Assembly: GCA_040954595.2 (NCBI GenBank)
Contig: CM082586.2
Location: forward strand, 6,248,509-6,312,508
From: Balanoglossus misakiensis
Taxonomy: Eukaryota; Animalia; Hemichordata
Length of the DNA stretch: 64,000 bases
Direction of reading: 5' to 3'
The notes beneath the pieces were generated by a model. That model was given only the letters and a program-made list of their open reading frames with translations, made no database searches and was not told where the DNA came from. Shown here one piece after another: positions 50,188 to 61,878 of the stretch (the first letter of the stretch is position 1; each line of letters opens with the position of its first letter). Made by a program: the position numbers and the translations under genes.

Positions 50188-50912
50188 TCTGGATGTCTTG
50201 CGATATTCACGGCAAGGTTAACTCAATGTGAATCTGCAGATACAAAAATACAATACAATTGATACAGAATATAATTCAATTACGTACATGGCAATTCAAA
50301 AATCTGACTAGAATTCTCAGTGAAATGTGGACATACACGCACAGGTGTGGCACGGTCACTCCACACAGTAGTTTTTGTCAGGGAAGTATGCTTCGCGTCC
50401 TTCTTGTTTGGACACATTGTTGATGGCAGTTCTGCAAATCACACCAAGCAATGAAATCCTAAACCGTTTTTTTAAATTATAATTAATTATTTGGCACAAA
50501 CATGTTTTCCGCATATTTTCAAAATTTGTATCCATCCGATCGTAGTAGTATTTGTAAGCTTATCGCAATATGCATGTGACAGTGTTAACAAAACGAAAGA
50601 GAAGTGTTCGCGTGCTCTCTCAAAATGAAAGCGATAAACGTGGGTTTGCTGTAGGATGTTTGGTATTACAGAATACCAAAATGGGTTTGTGAGTATTTTG
50701 CAGACTCGGGGCAGCATGATAAACAACGCTACATGAGTACGCCGAGCCATATTGATTTGTTCGTTTACAGGCTCTCAGACATGGTAGCCAAACGATTCCT
50801 CGAATGAACGATTATGAATGACGCCTTCCACTGAACGGGGAAGCACAATTTCCTCGAATCACCGAATAATAAAAACTGACCATACTACGATTTATACGCC
50901 TATGATACTCAC

Positions 50913-51070
50913 CTTTTTTCGAAAATCTGGATAAGATTTCTCAGTGAAATGTGGACATACACGTACAGGAATGGCACGGTCACTCCACACAGTGGTTTTT
51001 GTCAGTGAAGTGGGCTTGGCGTCCTTCTTGTTTGTGGCTTTGCTAACAGCCGTTCTCACACCTGGTTCGG
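50913..51070 (-). other. Probable non-coding first exon of gene 4 (5' extent uncertain)
   Basis: Donor GTGAGTAT at 50912, homologous to 45667-45810. The coding exon's acceptor is at 50234-50235. Part of this block is locally duplicated at ~50317-50410. Confidence 0.55.
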
Positions 51071-54000
51071 TGACCCACATCTGCCGCAAGCAGGTCAGAT
51101 ATGTCTCCTAAGTCCTGTCTCATTTCCACCGATGGCTGCGCTGTGCTTCAAGAATTCGTTCGTTGAACACTGCGTCTCACGTGACTAAGCTAGACGCGTC
51201 ACGAAGATAGACGCAGATTAGGGCCGTCTGCCACTTTGTAAGTGGTCTAATGCGCATGTCTGTTGTAAAATTTACGTACATTTGTGTCCGTACAGTACAT
51301 GTAGGTACATTAATTTTAGCTTCACGTGTGAACAGGGGCAAATTTGTCTCTGTGTATTACCTGCACTGTTCTGCCATACTCAGCACTCTACATTAAGTTG
51401 TTTACTTAGTCTAATTTTACTTGTGTCGAGGGATGCTTTTGCTGAATTAAAATAATCGCCAATCATATGATCTGGGAGGGTGCATTAACCCATTTCCGAG
51501 TGACAGAAAACTAGCAAATAACAAAATGGCGGATGACCTGTACCTGCACATCTTCGTGACGCATGGTCTTGCTTGTCTAGTCACGTGAGCCCTCCGTAGA
51601 ATATTCCAATTTTCGAAATTAAGAAGCATTTCTGTCCCGACAACAAACTTCCTGTTTTATGCTCATTCTAATTAGTTAAATGTGCATGTCGTGTTTTGAA
51701 TTAATCGCTTAACAACTATGATTATCAGTGACCCTTAACATACAAACCATCCAAGCATGCACTGACTTGTTAGACATTGCAAAATACAACTATTTGTAGA
51801 TTTACCATATCACGAGGATAAACTAATAGCCGTATGGGTTATCAAAAAGTGAAAACAATTCCCTTAGTGGCAGATAACAATCCGTTTAGGGTGAGATAAA
51901 CGGAGGACAACGAAGGACAGTAACATCGTGTTTAAGACATTGAAGGTGAAACTAGGTAATTATAAAACTTTGTAACAGAAAAAAATAACAAAATGTGAAA
52001 AACGTTGAATGAGTTTAATATGCTAACTTCAAAAATAGAAATGTTTGACCAAAGGAAGTCATGAAATACAGTCCAGCTATCATCACTTCTATCTCTTACT
52101 TCAGTGAGTTGTCGATCTTTTACCCAGAATGCAGTTATTCTAATGTGATTTGACCCCCTAGCATGAAGTTAAAACCTATTTATTAGCTGTCAGAATTAAA
52201 GCTGATCAGTGTGATCAGTTTAATTCATATTCTTATCAGTAGCTCTGCAGTTATAAGTCTGAAAATCAGCATATACAGGAAACATCCGCCGAGGTCATGC
52301 CTGGCTTCATTATCCAGTCCGAAAATGTGAAACTTGTATCTACCAATGACTGACACAAACTATGGAACAAATAGTGGGCGCATTCAGCGTGTCCATTTAA
52401 GTAGATTAAATGAAATGAATCTAGACACGAAACATAATATGTGTAGCACATTTTCCACCAATGTTTTTCTTAAACTTATTTGTGTAGAATATTTCCATTT
52501 GTGTCTTTTGAAAAACAAGTTTACGATAGCTTTGTGTTTATTTGAGAAATATGGTACGCTATAGTACTTCTGTGAGTATGACGCTCCCAAGAACTCAAAT
52601 TAGAACGTATCGGTACATTGACTAAATATTAAATTGCCTTCATTTAGTTGAATATAAATAATTGAACATCAAAATTAGATGTATTAATTTTTTATAGTAT
52701 TAATTGCCGGTAGCCGATTAAAATTTTCACTTTACAACAAAATATTGGAACAGACTGTGTCAATATATGTATATAGGGACGACAAGTTCATACGCCCTCG
52801 TGGTGCACATCCTATGTGACTCATGGATCCGGTTACAGTCTAGACGTGGTCAATTGTCATTTCATTTCCGCTAAATACCAAGTTGACAAAGCATTGCTGA
52901 AGACCCTATAGCTTCTTCTGTTTACATGTGTGTTACATGTGTGTTTATCTGACTGTCTGTTATGATTGTCGTTGTGCCTGATGTAACACACATAATGTAA
53001 CGATGGAAAGGGAGACAAATGTAAGAAAAACACTTTTTAAATAAATGGAAAGAATGTATTGTGTGTTCTAGCGTTCTAATCCGAACAGACTAAACTGGTG
53101 TAAAAGTGTTGATCGTTGAAACTCTGTTGCTGAATATAGCGTCAGGCGTCGGTGGTGACACACCACGCGGTAATTACTCAAGTCGAAAGAGATAAGCGAA
53201 AACAATCAACGACTTGAGTGTCTGTCGAGCAAATATGAAGCAGCGTTAGAAGAGACTGGAAAAGCGACGTTGCTCCTAATGCGGTGATAATAAACGTTAT
53301 CGGGGAAGATGTCTTAAACACGCTAGCATTTTAGCTGACGAGAGCAGAAACCCATAACAAATTTGCAGCGACTTGCTGAAATGTCATCCACCATTAATGC
53401 CTGTCTACCTTGTTGGCGACCCATACACATTAGCCACGTTCTGACGTTATCTTTCCGTTGTGACCCAGGCAGATACCACAAGTGGTGGCTCCCTGACCTT
53501 ACACAGGTCAGACCCATAAAAAGCAAAGCCATTTTGAGAATGTGTTCACTAGCTACACAACTTCCTCCATGTACTCGATGAACAGTTTAGCATGATATTT
53601 CAAGTTTATACCACTGAAAGGCTGGTCAACCGAAAGACTTATAAGCCTTTGATGACAAGTCGATAAACGTGCCCTGGGAGCTGTATACGTCACGAATTAT
53701 ACCAATGCGTCATTCCAATTTTAATAAGTTTTCGTTTATATTGTCCTTTTTTTCCCAAAACGCGCTTGGAGAAGTTGTGAATGTTACACATTATAGTAAT
53801 TTGTCGCTCGGACAAAACAGAAGAAAATGGTACACCTGTTGTTAAGAAGACGATAAGCTATTTCGTTTGCCAATGCTGTTTGAGTTCATGGTGACACAGT
53901 GTGAAGTCTTTCGGAGGGCTACAATTGTTCGAAGAAAATAAATCGAGATAAGTTATGAGTGTTATGATGTGGGATGAAAACGTCGTTCACGCGCCCCCTT

Positions 54001-54192
54001 TTCTTCCGCAGTTGAACTCTCATGGGAAATTAATATCAATGAGAAGAAAATCATTTACATCATAATTAATTCATTACCGCCACCGCCCACTTTCGAGTGC
54101 AAACAAAAAGAACGGTTCAAAATGCGTCGCTTGGGCAGAGCCACTCACAGAGAGTAGAGGAGTTTTGTTGCGAGGAAAGGGTGGTCGTTTGT

Positions 54193-54284
54193 ATTATATA
54201 GGGTATATATAGGATCAAACTAAAGCAAGAATTCAACCGACTCGGTGGATCAGATCAGCAGCACGTCGACACCGGGGAACTAAG
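54193..54284 (+). promoter_or_regulatory. Putative TATA-box promoter and non-coding first exon of gene 5
   Basis: TATATA (54195) and TATATATA (54204) lie ~30 bp before a short segment ending in a strong AAG|GTGAGA donor at 54285. The next recognisable exon downstream is the signal-peptide exon at 57653. Confidence 0.5.
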
Positions 54285-57200
54285 GTGAGATTTCAACTTT
54301 TCTGTTCGTTGAAGCTGTTGGGTAAACGCTTATCACAGGCATGAAGAACCGCTATCAAACTTGTCTGATACAACACGTAGTTATCTTGGGACGCTCAACT
54401 GATAACAAAGTTACATTATCGAGAACGCTTGAAACAGTGCATTGGCCATGTATAAGCTGCTGCTTTACAGATAGTAAGGACACTAAGCCCATGTACACAT
54501 ACATGTATTTGCCAATTGCGTATGTACTGGCATGGTTAGCTGCCCAAATCTTCCAAACTTGGGCAAATTATGCAAAAGGGTGGCAGTGCGTGTTTTGAAT
54601 CATGAAGTGCGATATATTGTAAAAGCGAGCAAATCTGTCGAAGTACCAGAAAAACAGCGCTAGCAATCTCAAACATTAGCCTTGTCTTTTTATATGCTTC
54701 CCTCAGGACATGGTTATGAAATATCGTTTAATACACCCTGTGTTAAAATCTGTTATCTTCCCTTTATGATCTTTATGTCAGTGTTCATGCTAATATCGTA
54801 CCTGGGGAAATCCGTTCAGTGTGTATTTTGAAATGTCTGGCTTCTTTGGCATATCGGTATCACACTAGACTTTGACCGTCGTCAGCACCATCCCAAATGA
54901 CAAACCCTGGAATGAACATGTAAATTCCATGTATACATGTGGCCAACTTAATTATCACGGGATTATATTGCACTAGATGACTCGATAAAATGTACCATGG
55001 CGCATTGAGGTTTTTTTTATTAATAATGAATTATCTCTACCTGCAATCATGATTTTGTTGCTTGGCTATTAATATGCAAAACTTTCTTCTGGGACAGGTA
55101 TCCTCTGAAATATAACTGCTTCGCAACTGTTCTTAGCCTGTCCTCTTTGAAGTGAATTAGGAATATTTCTGTAAAAACTTAAGGGTGTTCATTATCTCAT
55201 TTAGGATTCCAGTAATATTTTTCAAGGTGGACTTTGAATACTGGGTATCCACGGCTAAGATTTGAGGCGATCATTTCGCGGTGCTCAGAACACGACGTCA
55301 AAATGTGTTTTACTCATTATACAGTTTACCCAATGATTCAATTTAAGGATCTACGATCGGTATAATTAAAAATATTGTCATTTCTTTTCATTGTGGCTTC
55401 TTGGATTCTCCTTTGTATGTTTAAAAATATAGGAATCGCCGCGCTTATTTTCGAAATCCAAGGTCATGTCAATAATTGAAGAAAAGTGCCGAGTCAGCAT
55501 TTTTTCACCAATGGTTTGTCTATGGGCAAAACATGTAACTAAGTTTATCTCAAAATAGAGCGCGGTGACTATACCATTTTATTCGACCGATGGATTTGTT
55601 CTTATTTGACTGAGCTATGTGTAAAATTTGATGAAAATGACAATAGTAGAAGTGAGTTTTCAAGCTTTTCTCAATGCAATCCTATGAAAAAAGACGTATG
55701 GCAAGCCATAGCGCAGTTTACACGTTTACGTTCTGCGCGTACTACTTCCTTAAGTGTCCTGAAAATGGCCTGCACGTGAAAGTGTCTGCTGCCACATCTC
55801 CGTGGACATTATCTTCCCCACGTTTCTTATCATGCACAGATCAAAGTAACAAAGATAAGGAGTACCATTCGACGAGCCTCATTAAAGCGCATCCTTTTCA
55901 CTCCATCCATTAAGACACAGCTTTTATCTTAAGTGCCGAGACAGCTTACCCTCAAATCTTGCCCTTGAAGGGATATCTGTGTTTTAATAGAACGCTGAAA
56001 CAAGGCACAAGTGCATGGTTCCGGCCTAACTGGATGTTAAACCTTAACATTTTGGAGGTAAACAAAAACACAGAGGTTGACAGAATAAACATCATAGTTT
56101 ATGCCATAGCGCAATGGACTCACGTAATGACGTAATTACTAATATGTACCGAAATTTCATCATGGAAGTGATTGACAGATCAGAGAACAGGTTATTTGTT
56201 TATACATGATAAACCTAATAGCCTCTTGTAGCAAACAACAGAGACGATAAAGTGAAACCAAAAAGTTACCTTGTAAAAGTAAAACGGAGAAAGTATCCAA
56301 GTCTATAGTTAATAAGAAATTAAAGCTATTAAACTTGCTCGATGACCGCGCTTAAAATAGACATGACCTTGCTCAATACACGTCATTCATAGTATAACTT
56401 TTACATTAATCTGTGACAGGATGAAAATTAGTCTGCAAAGCTTTCACTTGCTAAGGAGTATAATTACATGATATTGCAATGCATTACGGCCAACAAGTCG
56501 ATCATTCGCTGTTAAAAAGGTTTGCATGAAAATGAGGAATTTGGAAATATTCCTTCAAATGTTAACTAACATGCAAACCGACTTCCAAAACGTACGTCAA
56601 CTAAAACGTGCGGCAGGTTTAATAAACAAACGAAGACTCCTGAAGACATCTTTGATAAAACTGGGGACAAAGAATTATGTTACTGTTACAGTAATCAATT
56701 GCGAGATAATCTTGTATGGTTGACTGTGGTTTGCACTCGATTATTAATTTGTGAAAACTGTTCAGCGATCCCAAGAGCTTTGACGAATCATGATGAAAAT
56801 GAAATCGTGTATTTCTTATCTATTTAAATGTTTTACAACAATTATCTCTAACGCATGTTGCAATTTGCATTTTAATTGCATCTCTTTCATGGTGCATTGG
56901 AACCGGAAATCGTTGGGTTTGTTTTACTTGAATGAATATCTCTCGAGGTTTCGTTTCAGTTTCAGACTAATGAAGTTGTCCACCTTTGTTAATCAAGTGT
57001 TATCATTATTTCACTTTCACTTCCCCCTGTCCTAGAGAAGACTCTAAAATCTTGCACTGCTCAAAGAAAGCGCAGGTTTTGATATATGCTTTGGTTTAGG
57101 AAATTGATAATTGGATAGGAGCTTTGAATATGCTAATTAAGAGACCTCTTGATGACTAATACAGAGTGGTCATTGAATGATGCGAGATATGTTATTACGT

Positions 57201-57676
57201 AAATAAAAAATATTATCTCTCTTGTTGCTGAGATTAAATCTGACCTCTTCTTTCCTCGTCCTTGTTCATCCTTGTGTGTATTAATGCGATCATTTCCTGA
57301 AGATATCTTCCAAGAAATAGGCGGGCTTTAACTGAAGCATACGGACCCTGCGTACACTTTCTTGATTTCTAATATTGTTGTCTTAACTGTATTTTTGTTT
57401 TACTGCTTTCGAATAATATTTCATAATATTTCGCAAGCATCTTTCGGTCGGCATATTAGACTGTACATGTTTATATTAAAGGAAAACATACAGCTCTGAT
57501 GTACATACGCCCATGTTTAAAAGGGCGGGTCTAAGTCATTGCATGACTAGAAATCCCATCAACAGCTGTTATTGGCCGGATCTGTACTTTGCATGGTAAC
57601 TGTGGCGAAATTTGCATATGTGATTGTGATTGTGAACCTTTATCAACTACAGGTGGACAGGTCACTTAATAGAGAA

Positions 57677-60600
57677 ATGGCGGGATGGATATGGAAGACG
57701 CTTGTGCTCCTTTTCCCAGTGATTTTATTCTTACAAGTATCAAACTGTGCCGAATATGACGAGGATGTCAACGAGATGGACAGCTCAGAGGACCAGTATG
57801 CCAGACAAGGTAAAAATGTACCATTCCAGCAGCCAGGTCATTTTCATGACCCCTACGTGACCTTACATCCTCGTGCTTCTTATGGTATGAATCCACATCA
57901 GGTTGATTAAAACCTCGGCAAAACTCAGCTGCAGTCAATGAAGTATTTACAAAATTATAAATGTAGCTCTTTGTAAGCAAAAGTTTACACGTTTTGTCCC
58001 TAAATGTTGAATTTTGACAACCCAATACCACCGGATGTACGAGGCTGTAAGGTCATGTACGGGTCATGAAAGTGGTTATAGATGACGCATGGGTGAAGTT
58101 GAATATCGTATACGAATCAGCATCATTTATAATCAGAGCGTAGCAGAATCCTGCGTAAGGGTTCGTGAAACACACATTCAATATTTTAATTATATTTATT
58201 TTTTAACTTGTGTTATTTGATTTAGTGTTAAACCTGACAATCAAGCCCTGGCTTTGTGGCTTAAAGTGTGACTATATTTGCTATTCACTTGGCCTGATGC
58301 AAACACCCGCAAATTACCTTTTAATTTTAACACAATTCCATTAATAAAACCAACCAAGCGATACTTTGTGTACTCAATTTGTAGCTTTCTGAGACAACAT
58401 GACCTGCTTTACTAGTGTGTAACTATGAAATAAATTCTGGCAAATTGAACTGTTTTACATTTAGGGGGGTTGGTTACAGAACATTATTACTTGTTCGCAT
58501 TGGTTGTGCCGAGCTTCAGACATATGCTGCACATATAGATTGGCAGAAACACCAAGATCTTGGTTTGAGAGTTGCCTTTTGTGAAGGCATGACTTCAATA
58601 TGTGCACAACACTCATAAGAGTAAATTCTGGACTCCCAAGAGGCTATAGAATCATTACCCTGTCTGTAATTCGTATCCTTTCGCTACTCCTAAACCCTAC
58701 AGGGTGATGTGTAAACGCCCAGGGCTCATTGTCACTACACTTCCCAAAAGGTGAAATCCATGATCAGGAGTTCTGCTAAATTTCCATCAATTACCACGAC
58801 GCACTCTTCTACTCCCTACTCAGTGACATTAAGGAAAGCGTTTTATGTGTGGTCTGAAAGGACACTGATGTTAAATGAAATGCTAATTGGCTATGATTTG
58901 AGGGTTATCAGAGACATCGGTGAATTTATCTACCTTGGGCATTCAGCGCTTCCCGTCATGAAAAAAACAACATTCGACCTTACCTATGTAATACCACTTT
59001 GCATCCTTTTTGGCGCAGCGCCAATGAAAGAGGGGGGGGGGGGGGACTTTAATGTCAGCTAGGGGGGGGGGAGGACTTTAATGTCAGCCGGGTTACTAAC
59101 TTTAGTGCAAGAATTCTGGGGGCGGAATGACAGCGTCCATTGCATCCAACCACTGACTAGAGAACGGGACTTGAATGTGATTTAAAATTCATGCTTCCTT
59201 GTCCACTTGTCATGAAATCATGTATAATACTGTTAAATACTGCTGTCGCAAACCCAGGCAGTTTTGACTTCAATATTTTGCTTTGATGTAAAGCGTGATA
59301 ACGTAAAAGACTATTATATTTCCTGATAACGATCGTAACTTACTCTCTGCCCGACAGAAGGCTTCCTGGAGCGACTTATGTCTCTCCAACAAAGAAGACG
59401 TCTGGAAGATTACATCAGAGACCATATGACGTGAGTACTAGAATTTAAATAATTTCAAGTCAGAAACAAGAATTCGTTTATGCATACCTCAACCGTCTCG
59501 TAAATTTTGAGAAAAAAATCGAATTGGTCAGTGATTGATTGATTGATCGATTGATATAATTATGATTACTGTTTTCAGGTTGACAAGAGCCAATTTCGAA
59601 GAACCTGATCAGCTCGAAGACCCTGATCAGCATCCCTGTGAAGACGACACAAACATGGAAGAGCCTGACAGTCAGAGTGAGTAACTCAAGCTGATTGGTT
59701 CGGATTCCCGTAGTCACGTGACAGTTTGCAATCTTCCGGGTTTCCCATGCTTTGATTGCATGGGAGTCCTCCAATGCTTTACTGCTGCCATGCAAACTAT
59801 GACGACGATAAAAGCACTCTCCTCAATGTCGAAACACTTCTGCGATGTCGAAGTTTGTTATGTTTAGAGCTGTGATTTTGCATTAAGGATCGCAACCTCA
59901 TGGTTTGGTTTTTTTTCATTATCTTTGGAAATCTGACAGACAACTTTGAGATAAAACGTGGAACTCGCAGAGCAAGACCACGGTCATGCAGGTGTGTGCC
60001 AGACAGTAACATACTGTAAGTACTAATTAATCGACATACACTACTTTTCTTAACGGCGGTGATGAACTGAGTACTATATAATACATTTGACATTTACGAA
60101 ATCAGAATCAAAGCAATGGGAGTGGTCAATGTTTGGTCAGAATTTGCCCAAACTTGTGTTTCTTTTTAATTTTCTCAGTTGTACATTCACGATTTTTGCA
60201 AATAGTGGAAGATAGGCTCTATACAACATATTACAATGTGTACGGCATTTGGCCATAAGAGTTTGATGGATATAGGTCACCAAGGTACAAACTGGTCTGT
60301 ACTATTATGGTACAATGGCATTTGTTTTCATTTGGCCCAATGGTATGGGGGCATTCACGGTTCGTTTACGAACCTACACGAAGTCAGTAGTTAAAATTCT
60401 GAGCTTTCAGTCAAGACCACACGCATACCATAGTTGTCACCGTTACAAGTGCAGACCGATAGTGGATAGTTTACACGCACAGTTGACCCATGTCAGTAAA
60501 TATAGCCTTAAGATGTAAGTGTGTCTATATGAGAATGTACGCAACCCGCATACTAAGGAACTATGGACACTTCTAGATTTTGCACTTCAAATGATAAACA

Positions 60601-61719
60601 ATAATTCTGTTTTAGAATTAAACGCAGCGATGCCGATGACACAGAAGTTTGGCCCTACCAGGAAGAGAGAGAGACAGCAGAAGACTCGAGTGAAAATCTT
60701 GACCAAGGTAATCTATCCAGTTAGAAGTTCTAACAGTCAGTATACATGTACATTGACATATCAGTGGAAAACGAAACAAATTACATTCAGGGTGTTCGTA
60801 TTCAATGAGGGGGACACGCTACTATAGTTGAACAATTAGTACAAATGTACATGGAACCTTACCACATACAAAATCTAACATAACAAAACTAATCAATTTC
60901 AATTTATAATGTTTACACATGTTTTTAAAAGCACCTTGAATGTTTTCTTCCTCCACTAGGCGTTTTATCTCTCATGAATCGACTCAAACGGGGAGGGCGT
61001 GGAAAAGAAGGAAGAAAATCGAAAGCCATTAAGATTGTCAGGCTCCCGGATACAAACATGCTGTGAGTTTTTATGCTGTTTTTCTGCTAATACGGCTGCA
61101 AAACAGGGCTGTGTTAGGCTACATGTATCATTTTTGACATCAGAGAAAGGAAAGCATATTCATTTAAAGAATATACCTTTTTCATATGTCTAGCGACCGC
61201 TTGCAGCCATCATCAATTTGTTACTCATTATTTCTCCATACACCGCAGAGAACCATGTCGTCTATAGCTACACAAATTTCTTGAAACCTTGTACTTATTT
61301 AACTCTCAGGGCTTTGCGTAGCGAACCCACAAGAAGCCAAGACAGCTCAAATGAAGAATTCGGTGAAGGTAACACTGACCTTGTATTGTTTGTTTGTTTG
61401 TTTGTTTGTTTTTTTGTTTTTGTTTATTTGTGTTGTTGTTTTTGTTCATATGTTTGTTTATTTTTGAAGATTTCACTGACCCAAATTCTTCCATTCTCGC
61501 CCACAATGTGACACGTTTCAGCACAACTTACCAACAATGTACGACTGTGTTTTTTATGTTAAACACAATGATTTCTGCTTCTTTATACAGCTTACCCGAT
61601 AGGAAACATGATGAAACGGTTCAAGCAACGCAGGGGTAGAAAGAGGCCGAGAATCGGCGACACAAACATGCTGTAAGTATAATAGTTAGCTTTCTCATCA
61701 TCATCATCATCACCATCAC

Positions 61720-61754
<35 letters not shown>

Positions 61755-61761
61755 CCACCAC

Positions 61762-61827
<66 letters not shown>

Positions 61828-61844
61828 TATCATCACCACGTACC

Positions 61845-61878
<34 letters not shown>

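Noticed and set aside
55180-55755. Possible TTAA-bounded repeat element in the first intron of gene 5
   Set aside because: No convincing terminal inverted repeat pair or second copy in the window.
59358-59600. Resemblance of RRLEDYIRDHMTLTRANF to the C-terminus of NPY/NPF-type peptides
   Set aside because: It lacks the RxRF/Y-G-KR amidation signature and is followed directly by acidic residues, so the similarity is too weak to name the gene.
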